Assembly (NCBI GenBank): GCA_963783275.1 | Contig: CAWANA010000031.1 | Span: forward strand, 17,300 to 81,299 | Length of the DNA: 64,000 nucleotides | Direction of reading: 5' to 3' | Source: an uncultured Alphaproteobacteria bacterium | Lineage (GTDB): Bacteria; Pseudomonadota; Alphaproteobacteria; Rhizobiales; Beijerinckiaceae | Shown here: in pieces, positions 20,960 through 34,192 of the stretch | How the letters are laid out: the number at the start of each line of letters is the position of its first letter | How positions within the stretch are numbered: position 1 is the first letter of the stretch | Notes under the pieces: model-generated | Databases searched by the model: none | The model's input: only the letters and a program-made list of their open reading frames with translations | Told to the model about the DNA's origin: nothing | Translations under genes and position numbers: made by a program

Positions 20960-23019
20960 TTACGATCCGGCCAGCTCGCTCTTCGCCGCCTTCTGATAGC
21001 GCTCCGCCGCCGCGACCACGGCTTCAGCGGACGCGGCGAGCGGCCCGGCCGAGGCGGACGCGGCGGAATGCGCCTCACCGGGCTTGGCAGCCGCCGCTGA
21101 AGCCAGACGCGCGCCTCGGCGTCCGGCGGCGGGCGCCCGGACCGGATGTCGAGCCGCGCCGCCGACGCTTGCGCGATGAAGCCGTGCGCCGCCATGAGCA
21201 GCGCCGCCATCTCCTCGAGGCCCTTGCGCGCGGCCACCGGCTCGACGCTCATGCGCCCCGCGGAGTCGGAGAGCGCGGCGATCGCCTCGATCACGTTTTT
21301 GCGCGCCAGCCGGTAGTCCTGAACCGGGGCCGCGGCGTTCAGCGCCACATCGGCGAACGCGGCGAGCCGCGCCTGAAGACGCCTTGCGATGCCCGGCGCG
21401 TCCGAAAACTCCCAGTGCGGCCAGACGAAGCTGAAGAGATGCGCGATCGCCGCGCCGATCAGCGTGTCGGCGAGGCGCGCGAGCACCGGCGCCGGCAGAT
21501 GCGGCTGAATGAGATGCAGGGAAACCAGCGCCATGACCGACGCCCCGACCGAGGACAGGCGATAATTCAGTTTCACGAAGCTGTGAATGACCACGACCGC
21601 GAGGCCCTGCGCCGCGACCAGCGTGCGCGCCGGCAGCCAGGCGACCGCGCCCGCCGCGACGACGCAGCCGATCAGCGTGCCGATCACGCGATCGTCGCGG
21701 CGCGACTTGGTCATCCCGTAGTTGGAGCGCATGATCACCGCGATGGTGAGCAGGACCCAGTTCCCATGCCCGGAATCGCCGAGGAACTGCGCGACGACCG
21801 CGCCCGCCATCATCGCGAGCGCGAGACGGATCGAATAGCGGAACACCGGCGAGGCGATCGTGAAATGCTGCTCGAGCGCCGCCCAGGAATAGGAGCGCTG
21901 AGGCAGAAACGCCGCGAGGTCGACGCCCGCGATCGACGCCTCGGCCGTCCGGTCGTCCGAGAGCGCCCTTTCGAGCATGCGGATGTGGCCGAGCGCGAGC
22001 ACGAGACGGTCGGTCGCGGTCTTCAGCGCCGTCGCGCGCGGCCGGGTCTGGACGCGTCCGCCTCGTCCTGGCTGCTCGGCCTCGCGCCGCAGGGCGTCGA
22101 TCGCGACCTGATGGTCCGGCGGAAGCGTCGGCCGGTCCGTCGTCAGAATTTCGAGGCTCAGATGCTTGAGGTCGAGCGCGCCGACCCGCAACGCCGCGCC
22201 GATGTGCTCGAGCAGGGGCGTCGACGGCGCCGCGTTGCGAACCCTGGTCACGTCGCTCTGGGCGGCGACGAGCGCGTCGAACGCGTCGAGCAGAATGCCG
22301 ATCGTCGCCGCGAGCCGCAGGCTTTCCCTCCCGGGCCGGGGGTGGTCGAGCAGAAGCGCCCGCGCCGACTGGAGTTGCTCGGATAGCGACGCCTGCTGGC
22401 GGATCGCAGATCCGTAGGCCTGCTCGAAGTCGGTCTCCGGATCGAACACCGCGGCGACGGCGCTCAGGTACACCGACAGCTCGCGGATCGTCTCGCTGGC
22501 GACTAGCCGTCGCGCGCTGCCGTCCGTCACGATCGTGGCGATGAGCGCGAAGGCGATATAGGCAAGGCCGCCGGCGGCGAACAGGAGCTCGATCTTGAAG
22601 GCGACCGCGTAAGTTTCGCGGGGAAAGCCGAGCACGAAGACCAGCGGGATCAGCGCCTGCATGCCGAGCGCGATCGCCCAGCGGCCCCAACCCGTGATCA
22701 TGCCGGCGGCGAAGGCGATGACGCCGATCGTCGCGAGCGCGACCGGCGGCCAGGGCAGCGCGAGCTGGATCGCCGAGGTCGAGATCAGCGCCAGGGAAAA
22801 TCCGAACGCCAGGGTTCGCGCCTTCTCGCGCCAGGGCGAGGGCAGATCGGAGATGCTGGCCGCAATGGCGCCGAGCGTCACCGGCTGGCCGGCGGCGAAG
22901 CCGAAGATCGCCGAGGCGGCGAGCGCGATCACAAGGACGCCGGCGCCGACGCTGACGCCGTTGACGATGTGCTGGCCGACCAGCATCCGGGTAAAATCTG
23001 GCAGGCGCCAGCGAGCCAT
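20960..23019 (-). CDS. FUSC/YccS family membrane protein (indel near 3' end)
   Basis: N-terminal TM block; SPVFRYSIRLALA, WVLLTIAVIM, RVIGTLIG, RLADTLIG. Confidence 0.88.
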
Positions 23020-23030
23020 CGCGCCGAACG

Positions 23031-23261
23031 TCAGGGCTGCCCGGCGCGTCGCAGCGCCTCGACCGCATGCGCCGCGGTCGGGTTCAGGCGGGCCCGGCCT
23101 TCCTCGACGAAAGCGACAAGCTCGCGGATCATCTTTGGGGTCCAATACGCGCGCAGATGCGCCGCCGCCTGCGCTGTCGCTTCCGCGTCCGGCATGGCGG
23201 CGTAGAAGTCGCCGATCTGGTTGGCCATGCGCGCAAGTTTCTCCAGTTTGCCGGTGCTCAC
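23031..23261 (-). CDS. fdsD: Formate dehydrogenase delta subunit
   Basis: KLARMANQIGDFY..HLRAYWTPKM. Confidence 0.92.
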   Translation of the reverse strand: MSTGKLEKLARMANQIGDFYAAMPDAEATAQAAAHLRAYWTPKMIRELVAFVEEGRARLNPTAAHAVEALRRAGQP

Positions 23262-24042
23262 CCCGCCTGCCCTCCGCCCGCTGCGACGGAGTCGACGGCG
23301 AAACTCAAGGCCGCGTCGGCGCGCGCGATCGCGATAACCGCGATCCCGTACTCCCGCGCCCGCTCCAGCGCGAGCGACGTCGGGGCCGATAGCGACACCA
23401 GCGTCCGAGCGCCAAAGATCGCCACCTTCGTGACAAGCTCGAACGAGCAGCGGCTCGTGACGACGAAGAAGCCGCCGTCTCCGCCGGCGCCGGCGCGGCG
23501 AAGCGCCCCGATCGCCTTGTCGAGCGCATTGTGGCGTCCGACGTCCTCGCGGACCAGAAGAATCCGTCCGTCGAGCCCGCACCAGGCGGCGGCGTGCACG
23601 GCCCGCGTGAGCGCGTTGAGCGGCTGCCGGGACTCGAGCTCGGCGAGCGCCGCCCCGATCGCCGCGGGCTCGACGGGAGGCGCCGGCTGCGACCTCGGTC
23701 GAGCCCGCGGCAATCGCCCGAGGTCTTCGACGCCGCACAGGCCGCAGCCCGTGCGCCCGCTGATTGCGCGGTTCCGCGCGCAGATGCGCCTTCAATCGTT
23801 CCCCGGCCAGAGTGACGCCGGAGTCGCCAGCCGCCGCCTTCGACCGGCTCGACCTCGACGCCGCGGATATCCTCGAGTCGTTCGACCACCCCCTCGGTGA
23901 ACAGGAAGCCGTAGGCGAAATCTTCGAGATCGCGCGGCGTCGCCATCATGACCGCGAACGGCGAGCCGCCGAGGACGAATTCGATCGGCGCCTCGACCGC
24001 GATGGCGCGTGCGGCCGCCGGGCCGCTCGCAGCCCGCGTCAT
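23258..24042 (-). CDS. fdhD: Formate dehydrogenase sulfurtransferase FdhD/FdsC (frameshifted)
   Basis: VMMATPRDLEDFAYGFLFTEG, GCGLCG, EDVGRHNALDK, TSRCSFE, SAPTSLA. Confidence 0.92.
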
Positions 24043-24084
24043 AGGCGAAGCCGGCGCGCGTCGATCTCTACCGACGCGGCGCCT

Positions 24085-26934
24085 TCACTCGGCGGCATCG
24101 GCCGTCCCCCTGCCGGCTCGCCGAAGGCCGAGGGCCTCTTCGCGATTGCGGACCTGCCAGTCCGACAGGCTGTTGGTCCGGCGGACCTGCACGGCCGTGA
24201 CCTTGTATTCGGGGCAGTTGGTCGCCCAGTCCGAATTGTCGGTGGTGACCACGTTCGCGCCGGTCACGGCGTGATGAAAGGTTGTATAGACGACGCCGGG
24301 CTGCATCCGTTCGCTGACCATGGCCCTGAGCGCGATCTCGCCGGATCGGCTAGTCAGCGCGACGAGGTCGCCGTCGACGATGCCTCGAACTCTCGGCGTC
24401 GAAGGGGTGGATTTCGAGCACGTCCTCTTCGTGCCAGGCGACGTTGGCGGTCCGCCGCGTCTGCGCGCCGACATTGTATTGCGTCAGGATGCGCCCGGTC
24501 GTCAGAAGGAGCGGGAAGCGGGGACCGACGCGCTCGTCGGTCGCGACATATTCGGTCAGCATGAACTGGCCCTTGCCGCGCGCGAAGCGGTCGACGTGCA
24601 TGATCGGCGTGCCGGAGGGCGCCGCCTCGTTGCACGGCCATTGGATCGAGCCGAGCTCGTCGAGCCGCGCGTAGGTGACGCCCCGGAACGTCGGCGTCGT
24701 CGCCGCGATCTCGTCCATGATCTGGCTCGGATGCTGATAGGGCATCGAGACGCCGAGCGCTTCGGCGAACGCGATCGTCGTTTCCCAGTCTGCCTTGCCG
24801 GCGAGCGGTTCGATCGCCTTGCGCACCCGGCTGATGCGACGCTCGGCGTTGGTGAACGTGCCGTCCTTCTCCAGGAACGACGCGCCGGGCAGGAAAACAT
24901 GGGCGTAGCGCGCGGATTCGTTCAGGAAGAGATCCTGAACGATGACGCATTCCATCGCCCTGAGGCCGGCCGTGATATGGTTGGTGTCGGGATCGGACTG
25001 GGCGATGTCCTCGCCCTGGAGGTAAAGCCCCTTGAACGCGCCGTCGATCGCCTCGTCCATCATGTTGGGGATGCGCAGGCCGGGCGCGTTGCTGAGCTCG
25101 ACGCCCCACAAGCGCTCGAAAATGGCGCGCGTCGCGGCGTCCGAAACATGACGGTAGCCGGAGAATTCGTGAGGGAACGAGCCCATGTCGCAGGCGCCCT
25201 GCACATTGTTCTGGCCCCGCAGCGGATTCACCCCGACGCCCTCGCGGCCGATATTCCCGGTCGCCATGGCGAGGTTGGCGATCGCCATCACGGCAGTCGA
25301 GCCTTGCGCATGCTCGGTGACGCCGAGGCCGTAATAGATCGCGGCATTGCCCCCGGTCGCATAGAGCCGGGCCGCTTCGCGCAGGTTTTCGGGATCGACG
25401 CCGGTCGCTTCCGCGACCGCTTCGGGCGCATGACGCGGCTCGGCGACGAATCGCGCCCAATCTTCAAAGCTCGCAGTCTCGCAGCGCGCGGCGACGAAAG
25501 CCTTGTCGATGAGGCCTTCGGTGACGATGACATGCGCGAGCGCATTGAGGACCGCGACGTTCGCGCCCGGTTTGAGCGCCAAGTGGCGTTCGGCCTGAAT
25601 ATGCGGGCTGCGAACGAGATCGATCCGCCGCGGATCGATGACGACGAGGCGGGCGCCCGCGCGCAGGCGCTTCTTGAGGCGCGAGGCGAACACCGGGTGG
25701 GCGTCGGTCGGGTTGGCGCCGATCACCATGACGACATCCGCCTTCTCGACCGACTTGAAGTCCTGCGTGCCGGCCGACGTGCCGTAGGTTTTCGACAGGC
25801 CGAAGCCGGTCGGCGAATGGCAGACGCGCGCGCAGGTATCGACGTTGTTGTTGCCGAAACCCACGCGCACGAGCTTCTGGACCAGGAACACCTCCTCGTT
25901 GGTGCAGCGCGAGGACGAGATCGCGCCGACGGCGTCGCGTCCGTATCGCTTCTGGATGCGCCTGAATTCGCTTCGCCGCGTAAGCCGAGCGCCTCTTCCC
26001 AGGACACTTCGCGCCACGGATCCTCGATCCGCTTACGGATCATGGGCTTGAGCACGCGATCCTTGTGGGTCGCGTAGCCGTAAGCGAAGCGGCCCTTGAC
26101 GCACGAATGCCCCTCGTTGGCCTTGCCCGCCTTCAAGGGGACCATGCGCAGGACATCGTCGCCCTTGAGCTCGGCTTTGAAAGCGCAGCCGACGCCGCAA
26201 TAGGCGCAGGTCGTTATGACGCTGCGCTCGGGAGTCCCCTTCTCGATGACCGGCTTCTCGTTCAGCGTCGCGGTTGGACAGGCCTGAACGCAGGCGCCGC
26301 AGGAAACGCATTCCGATGACAGGAAGTCGACTCCGCCCGGGGAGACCTTGGAGTCGAAGCCGCGCCCGAGGATCGTCAGGGCGAATGTCCCTTGAACCTC
26401 CTCGCAGGCGCGCACGCAGCGGGAGCAGACGATGCATTTCGACGGCTCGAAGGTGAAATAGGGGTTCGAGCTGTCGGTCGGGGCGTCGAGATGGTTTGCG
26501 CCCGCGTAGCCGTAACGCACGTCGCGCAAGCCCACATTCGCGGCTTGCGTCTGAAGCTCGCAGTCTCCGTTCGCGCTGCAGGTCAGGCAGTCGAGCGGAT
26601 GGTCGGAGATATAAAGCTCCATCACCCCGCGCCGGAGCTTCTCGAGCCGCGGGGTTCGGGTGTGGACGACCATGCCCTCCTCGGCGGGCGTCGTGCAGGA
26701 GGCCGGCGTTCCCCTGCGGCCCTCGATCTCGACCAGACAAAGCCGGCAAGACCCGAAGGCCTCGAGACTGTCGGTGGCGCAGAGCTTCGGGATCGGATTG
26801 TCGATCAGCGCGGCCGCGGCCATCACCGAGGTCCCGCGCGGGACGCTGACTTGACGCCCGTCGATGGTCAGCGTCACGGACGGCGCGCCGGCGCGAATCG
26901 GCGTGCCGGTGTCGAGTTCCTGCAAGAGGGCCAT
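24085..26934 (-). CDS. fdsA: NAD-dependent formate dehydrogenase alpha subunit (frameshifted)
   Basis: N-terminal Fe-S motifs, CAYCGVGC, CARVCHSP (Cys ligand), LRGQNNVQG, CPEYK. Confidence 0.95.
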
Positions 26935-26946
26935 AGAGCGAACCTC

Positions 26947-28509
26947 CTACTCGGCTGCGGCGCGCGGCCGCGCCTCGGCGAAATCCTCCGGGAAATGATC
27001 GAGCGCGCTCAGAACCGGCAACGGGGTCAGCCCGCCGAGCGCGCACAGCGAGCCATCCGTCATGACTTCGCAAAGATCGCGCAGGAGTTCGAGGTTATTT
27101 TGGCGGTCGACGCCGGCGACGATCTTGTCGACCGTCTCGACGCCGCGGGTCGAGCCGAGGCGGCACGGGGTGCACTTGCCGCAGCTTTCCCTGGCGCAGA
27201 AAGCGAAGGCGAAGCGCGCCTGCCGGGCCATGTCGACGGTGTCGTCGAAGACGACAATCCCGCCGTGGCCGAGCATGCCTCCGGCGCCGGCCATCGACTT
27301 CGTAGTCGAGCGGCGTGTCGAGCAGCTCTTGCGGGAAGTAGGCGCCGAGCGGGCCGCCGACCTGGACCGCGCGGATCGGCCGGCCCGAGCGCGTCCCGCC
27401 GCCGAAGCCTTCGACGATTTCGCGGATCGTCGGCCCGAAGGCGAGCTCGATCAGGCCGCCGAAGCGGACGTTTCCGGCGAGCTGGAACGGCTGCGAGCCG
27501 AGCGACCGCCCAACCCCATACTCCGCATAGGCCTTGGCGCCGTGAGCGAGAATCCAGGGGACCGAGGCGAAGCTCAGCATGTTGTTGATGACGGTCGGCT
27601 TGCCGAACAGGCCGGAGAGCGCCGGCAGCGGCGGCTTGGCGCGAACGAGGCCCCGCTTGCCCTCGAGGCTCTCGAGCATCGAGGTCTCCTCGCCGCAAAC
27701 ATAGGCGCCGGCGCCGAGCCGCGGCCTCGATGTCGAAGGCATTGCGCCGAGCCCAGGACGCTCTCGCCCGAGCAGACCCGCGGCGCGGGCGCGTATCGAC
27801 CGCGCGCGAAAAGACATCGAACGCGTGCGGATATTCGGAGCGGATGTAGACGTAGCCCTTCGTCGCACCGACGGCCAAGGCCGCGATCGCCATGCCTTCG
27901 ATGACGAGGAAAGGGTCGCCCTCCATCAGCATCCGGTCGGCGAACGTTCCGCTGTCGCCCTCGTCGGCGTTGCAGACCACGTATTTCTGGTCCGCCTTGG
28001 CGTTGCGGACCGCGCCCCACTTGATGCCCGTCGGAAAGCCCGCGCCGCCGCGACCCCTCAAGCCGGAGGCGACGATGTCGTCGACGATCGCGTCGGGACT
28101 GAGCCCGATCGCCCGCTCAAGTCCTTTGAGACCGCCCTCGGCGCGGTAGTCGTCGAGCGACAGCGGATCCGTGACGCCGCAGCGCGCGAAGACGAGGCGC
28201 TGCTGGCGGGCGAGAAAGGGGATGTCGTCCACGCGGCCGAGCGCTTTCGGGTGCGGCCCCTCGGCGGGGAACCCCGCCTCGAACAGCGCCGGGGCGTCCT
28301 CCGCCGCGATCGGCCCGTAGCCGATCCGGCCGTCTCGCTGCCTCAATCTCCACCAGAGGCTCGAGCCAGAAGAGGCCGCGCGAACCGGTGCGCGTGATGG
28401 TGAGATCGACCCCGCGCCGGTGCGCTTCGGCAGCGAGCGCGACGGCGACAGCGTCGGCGCCGACGGAAAGCGCGGAGGAATCGCCAGGGACGAAGACGCG
28501 CGCCGTCAT
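26947..28509 (-). CDS. fdsB: Formate dehydrogenase beta subunit (NuoF-like, frameshifted)
   Basis: SGLRGRGGAGFPTG, NADEGDSG, GAYVCGEET, ESCGKCTPCR. Confidence 0.93.
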
Positions 28510-28988
28510 GACGCCCCGTCCTGCGCCGCAAGCGCTATCGCATCGAGGCGGGCCGCGTCGAGCCGCCCGATCGGCTCACCGTCGAGCAGAGCCGCGGGCG
28601 AGAGCGCGCAATTGCCCAGGCAATAGACGGTCTCGACATGCAGACCGGAACCTGGCGCCGCCTTGTCCGGAGCGATCCCATGCCGCTCTGCGAGATGGGC
28701 GACGAGGTCCTCGCATCCCGTGGCCTGGCAGGATTCGGCGCGGCAAAGCTTCAAGACGCGGCCTTCGACAGGCGCGCGGCGAAAATCAGGGTAGAAGCTC
28801 ACGACGCCGAGCGTCTCCGCCTTGGACAGGTTGAGCGCTTCGGCCACGAGCGGGATCGCGGCATCATCGATGTAGCCAAAATGATGCTGGAGATCATGCA
28901 GGATCGGCAGCGCCGCCCCCGGCGTCGAGCGCCTGCGCGCGATGATGTCGCGCGCCAACGTCACGTCGAACCGCGTTTCGGCCATCAT
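28506..28988 (-). CDS. fdsG: Formate dehydrogenase gamma subunit (NuoE-like)
   Basis: LPILHDLQ, SFYPDF, CRAESC, CLGNC. Confidence 0.93.
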   Translation of the reverse strand: MMAETRFDVTLARDIIARRRSTPGAALPILHDLQHHFGYIDDAAIPLVAEALNLSKAETLGVVSFYPDFRRAPVEGRVLKLCRAESCQATGCEDLVAHLAERHGIAPDKAAPGSGLHVETVYCLGNCALSPAALLDGEPIGRLDAARLDAIALAAQDGAS

Positions 28989-29132
28989 AGGCGACTCCTC
29001 CCGTGAAGTCAGCCCAATGATGCCCTCGGACGCGCCCGACCGCAAATCGGGCGCTCCCTGCCGGGGTTCCGTGGTCTGGAGAGCGCCAGCGCTTCGCGCT
29101 ATGGAGGGGCGCCTCGCTCAACCGGAGACGAT

Positions 29133-29744
29133 ATGCGTCAGCCCCAGTCCGGGAAAGACCGGCGATCGCCCGCTTTCTCGATCCCGTTCGTCGCCGTCGC
29201 CGCGGCGGTCCTCGTCCTTGCGGTCCTCGCGGCCTGGGTTGCCGGATCGCCGCGACAGAGCGGCGGCGACTCGCTCATCGGCGGCAAGTTCGCGCTTCAG
29301 GACGGCGACGGCCGGACGGTCACGGACGAGAGCCTGCGCGGCCGGCCGTTCCTGGTCTATTTCGGCTACACCCATTGCCCGGACGTGTGCCCGACCGAAC
29401 TCGCCCGCGTCGCCGACGCGCTCGCGAAAATGGGAGACAAGGCGGTCCCGGCGCTGTTCATCACGGTCGATCCGGAGCGGGACACGCCGAAAGTCATGCA
29501 GGACTACGCCAGCAGCTTCGGCGGCTCGATCACCGGGCTCTCCGGCAGTCCGCAGGCGATCGGCGCGGTCGAAAAGGCCTACCGCGTCTTTTCGCGGAAA
29601 GGGCCGATCCAGTCCGACGGAAGCTATTCGATGGACCACAGCTCGATCGTGTATCTCATGAGCAAGACCGGCGGTTTCGTCGAGGCGCTGAACCTCGACC
29701 GGCCCCCCGAGGAGACCGCCCGGGAGCTGGAGCGCTACCTTTGA
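29133..29744 (+). CDS. SCO family protein
   Basis: [26 protein letters not shown]. Confidence 0.93.
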   Translation: MRQPQSGKDRRSPAFSIPFVAVAAAVLVLAVLAAWVAGSPRQSGGDSLIGGKFALQDGDGRTVTDESLRGRPFLVYFGYTHCPDVCPTELARVADALAKMGDKAVPALFITVDPERDTPKVMQDYASSFGGSITGLSGSPQAIGAVEKAYRVFSRKGPIQSDGSYSMDHSSIVYLMSKTGGFVEALNLDRPPEETARELERYL

Positions 29745-29835
29745 CCGCTGTTTGCCGCCGCCTGCGCCATTTGCTAGAGCGACCGCCGATGAGCGACGCC
29801 GGCTCGAGCCGGCTTCAGCGAGGCGTTTGGCGAAC

Positions 29836-30441
29836 ATGGAAAAATTCACCACCCTGACCGGCGTGGCCGCCCCGTTGCCGATCGACAATATCGACACGGA
29901 CATGATCATTCCGAAGCAATATCTGAAGACGATCAAGCGGACCGGCCTCGGCGCCGGCCTGTTCTCCGAGATGCGCTATCGCGACGACGGCTCGGAGAAC
30001 CCCGACTTCGTGCTCAACAAGCCGCAGTACCGCAAGGCGACCATCATCGTGGCCGGCGACAATTTCGGCTGCGGTTCGTCGCGCGAGCACGCGCCCTGGG
30101 CTCTGCTCGATTTCGGCGTCCGCTGCGTCATCTCCACCGATTTCGCCGACATCTTCTACAACAACTGCTTCAAGAACGGCGTTCTGCCGATCAAGGTTTC
30201 GCGGGAGGATCTCGCCAAGCTGATGGACGACGCCGAACGCGGCGCGAACGCAACCCTCAGCATCGACCTGCCGGCCCAGGAAATCCGCGGTCCTGACGGC
30301 GGCGTCGTCAGGTTCGAGATCGACCCGTTCCGCAAGCAGTGCCTGATCGAGGGGCTCGACGACATCGGCCTGACCATGGTGGAGGCGCCGGCGATCGCGG
30401 ACTTCGAGCAGAAGTCCGCCGCGGCTCGCCCGTGGCTGTGA
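29836..30441 (+). CDS. leuD: 3-isopropylmalate dehydratase small subunit
   Basis: [21 protein letters not shown]. Confidence 0.97.
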   Translation: MEKFTTLTGVAAPLPIDNIDTDMIIPKQYLKTIKRTGLGAGLFSEMRYRDDGSENPDFVLNKPQYRKATIIVAGDNFGCGSSREHAPWALLDFGVRCVISTDFADIFYNNCFKNGVLPIKVSREDLAKLMDDAERGANATLSIDLPAQEIRGPDGGVVRFEIDPFRKQCLIEGLDDIGLTMVEAPAIADFEQKSAAARPWL

Positions 30442-30548
30442 TCGCTTGAGCCCATCGGCGCCCGGCCGGTTCGACCCTGAGTTGCCAATTCGCGCCGCAT
30501 CCTCCTAAAAGTTGTCTTTGAGGAGAGGGAGCGCGCGCGAAGGGTTCG

Positions 30549-33500
30549 ATGAACGGCGCTACGGCTTACATCGCCGCGATCGGCTATGTCCTGTTCCTGT
30601 TCCTCATCGCGTGGTGGGGCGACAGGGGCGGCAGGAGGTTTCTTGCGGGCCGGAGACGCGCGCTCGTCTACGCGCTGAGCCTCGCCGTCTATTGCACGTC
30701 GTGGACCTATTACGGCTCGGTCGGCCTCGCCTCCTCGCACGGCCTCGACTTCCTGCCGATCTATATCGGCCCGATCCTCGTCATCGGCCTCGGCTCGGCG
30801 TTCGTCGGACGCATCGCCAATCTCGCGCGCACGCAGAACCTCACGACCGTCGCCGACTTCGTCTCCGCGCGCTACGGCAAGTCGCAAGCGGTCGCCGCGA
30901 TCGCGGCGCTGATCGCGCTGGTCGGCTCCGCGCCCTACGTCGCCCTGCAGCTCAAGGCCGTCTCGACCACATTGCTCACGGTCGTCGCTTCGCTCGACAA
31001 ATCCCGGCTCACGCCGGACAAGCCGTCCGCTTTTTTCGCCCTCGCAATCGCGCTGGTGCTCGCCGCCTTCGCCATGGCCTTCGGCACCCGACGCCTCAAT
31101 CCGAAGGAGCAGCAGGACGGCCTGATCCTCGCCATCGCCGTGGAATCGATCGTCAAGCTCGCGGCGTTTCTCGCCGTCGGCGTTTTCGTCGTCTGGGGTC
31201 TCAACGGCGGCCTTTCCGACCTTACCCAGGCGGCCCTGTCCAATCCGAAGATCGCCGCGGTCATCCAGACTCCGCCCAGATCCGGCCGTCTGGGGCGTGA
31301 CGACGCTGCTTTCGGCCTTCGCCATTCTCCTGTTGCCGCGGCAGTTTCACGTCGCCGTGGTCGAGAATCACGATCAGAGCAGCGTGCGCACCGCCGCTTG
31401 GCTGTTTCCCGCCTATCTCGTGCTGATCAACCTGTTCGTCGCGCCGCTCGCGGTCGCTGGGCTCAAGCTCTTTCCGGACGGCGCGTTCAATCGCGATCTG
31501 ACGGTGCTCGCGCTTCCGCTCGCGGCGAACGCGCACGGCGTGGCGCTCATGACCATGATCGGCGGCCTGTCCGCGGCGACCGGCATGGTGGTGCTCGACA
31601 GCCTCGCGCTGGCGATCACCATCTCCAACGACCTCGTCATGCCGATCCTGTTGCGGCGGCGAGTCGCCTCGGAGCGCGTCGCGGAGGGCGACATCGGCGC
31701 GCTCGTCCTGTGGGTGCGGCGCCTGTCGATCGTCGGCGTCCTGGCGCTGGGATTCCTGTACGAGCGGCTGACCGGCGAGACGGCGCTGGTCTCGATCGGC
31801 CTCTTGTCCTTCGCCGCGGTCGCGCAGATCGCGCCCGCCTTTCTCGGCGGCCTCTTCTGGCGTCGCGGCACGGCGCGAGGCGCGGTCGCGGGCATGACGG
31901 CAGGGTCCCTGGCCTGGCTCTACCTCCTGTTTCTGCCGTCGCTCGAACCCCAGAAGACGATCGGCGCGTTGCTGGCGCATGGGCCGCTGGCGATCGGCTG
32001 GCTGAGCCCCGCAGCGCTGGTTTCCTTCGCGCCGAACGGGCTGGTCGGCGGCGTCGTCATTTCCCTGGCCGTCAACTGCATCGCCTTCGTCGTGTTCTCG
32101 CTGACGCGCGACGTGACGGCGCTCGAACGCACCCAGGCGAACGCCTTCGCGGGGGTCGGCGGCAAGCCGCAGGCCTTCCGGCTGTGGCGCTCGTCGACGA
32201 CGGCGGGCGAACTCGAAGCCGCGGTCGCCCGCTATCTCGGCGCGGCGCGCGCGCGGCGCGCATTTTCCGCCTTCCTGCGCGAGAGCGGCCAGGACTACGA
32301 CCCGTCCCGGGAGGCGAGCGCGCAATTGATCCGCCATGCGGAATTCTTGCTCTCGCCGGCCATCGGCGCCTCGACCTCGCGCCAGGTGCTGTCGCTGCTT
32401 TTGCGGCCACGCACCGTCTCGGGACAATCGGCGCTGAAACTGATCGACGAGGCCTCGGCCGCGATCCAGTCGAACCGGGACCAGTTGCAGCACGCGCTCG
32501 ACCACGCCCGCCAGGGCGTCACCGTGTTCGATTCGAATCTCGCGCTGACCGCCTGGAACCGCGAATTCGCCGACCTGTTCGATCTGCCGCCGGCGCTGCT
32601 GCGCCTCGGCGTCGGGCTCGACGAGATCGTCCGCTTCAACGCCGCCCGCGGCGCCTATGGTCCGGGCGACACCGAGGATTTCGTCGCCGAGCGCGTCGCG
32701 TCCCTGCTTTACGACGACCAGCCGACGCGCCTCAGGCTCTTCTCCACCCATCAGGTGATCGAGATCCGCTCGGCGCGGCTTCCCGACGGCGGCATCGTCA
32801 CGACCTATACCGACATCTCCCAGACCGTGCAGACGGAGGAGGCGCTCGAGGCCGCTAACGAGCTGCTGGAAAAGCGGGTCGACGAACGCACCGCCGAGCT
32901 GCAGCGACTGAACGCGGAGCTCGCGAGCGCCAAAACGATCGCGGAAGAGGCGAATATCTCCAAGACGCGCTTTCTCGCCGCCGCCAGCCACGACATTCTT
33001 CAGCCGCTCAACGCCGCGCGGCTTTATGCAAGCTCGCTTTCCGAGGGCGCTTCCCGAATCGGCGGCGAGGAACGCGCGGATCTCGCCCGCAAGGTCGATA
33101 TGTCGCTCGAGGCGGTCGAGGAGATTCTCGGCGCGCTCCTCGACATCTCGCGTCTCGACGCCGGCGCGACCAGGCCGGAAGTTTCCGACGTTCCGGTCGC
33201 CGACCTCATGCGGATGCTGGAGGTCGAATTCAAGCCGCTCGCGCGCTCGAAGGGGCTGGAGCTGCGGTTCGTTCCCTCGAAGCTCGCGATCCGCACCGAT
33301 CGAAGGCTGATGCGCCGGCTTCTGCAGAATCTCGTCTCCAACGCCGTCAAATATACGCTGAAGGGCAAGGTTCTGGTCGGATGCCGGCGCCTGCCGAACG
33401 CGCTTCGGATCGAGGTCTGGGACACTGGCCTCGGGATTCCCGCCGACCGGCAGCGCGCGGTGTTCGAGGAATTCCAGCGTCTCGATCAGGGGGCCCGGGT

Positions 33501-34074
33501 GGCGCGCGGCCTGGGCCTCGGCCTCTCGATCGTGGAACGCCTCGGGAAGGTTCTCGACCACCCGGTCGGTCTCAATTCGAAACCCGGCGAGGGCTCTGTC
33601 TTCTTCGTTACGGCGCCGCTCGGGGAGACCGTCGCGGCGCGGCTCAGCGAAGCCGGCGCGCCGGAGCTTCCTTGGGCCGGCGAGCCGCTCGCGGGCCTCA
33701 AGGTTCTGGCGATCGACAACGAGCCTCGCGTGCTCGACGGGCTTCGGACGCTGCTTGGCCGCTGGGGCTGCGTCGTCGCCACCGCGCATGGCCTCGCCGA
33801 GGCGCGCGAAGCGCTCGGGAGCTTCGGCGCGCCCGACCTGATCATCGCCGACTACCACCTCGACCAGGGCGACGACGGGATCGCGGCGATCCGGGCGCTG
33901 CGCGAGACGCTCGGCCGACCCCTTCCGGCGATCCTCGCGACCGCCGACCGCAGCCCGGAGGCGCGCGACGAGGCGGCGCTCCATGACATCGTCATTCTTC
34001 ACAAGCCGCTGAAGCCCGCGCCGCTAAGAGCCCAGCTCGCCCGCATGAGCGCCATGCGCGAGGCGGCGGAGTAG
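30549..34074 (+). CDS. SLC5(SSS)-PAS-HisKA-HATPase-REC hybrid sensor kinase (CrbS/PrlS-like; indel ~31275)
   Basis: SLAVYCTSWTYYGSVG, LPRQFH, AASHDILQPL, QNLVSNAVKYT, GLGLGL, IADYHLD. Confidence 0.92.
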
Positions 34075-34192
34075 GGTAGGACTGCGCGTCCCCTCCGATC
34101 CCGCGGAACGAACCGCCGAAGCCGGCGTCCCAAAACGGGCCGCCGGCGCCGAGTTCCCGTCTGCACTTTGCTCGTCGAGCGAATGCGATGAC

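Noticed and set aside
20371-23145. 924-aa FUSC fusion ORF
   Set aside because: An indel near 21090 bypasses the real stop at 20960, and the ORF reads through intergenic DNA into a separate gene.
24085-28509. Programmed frameshifting or selenocysteine in formate dehydrogenase
   Set aside because: The Mo ligand is Cys (CARVCH), and the frameshifts match the window-wide error pattern.
31261-34002. Long antisense ORFs (913 aa here; also 14863-16950, 294-1679 and others)
   Set aside because: Shadow ORFs opposite real genes, expected in high-GC DNA; no motifs.
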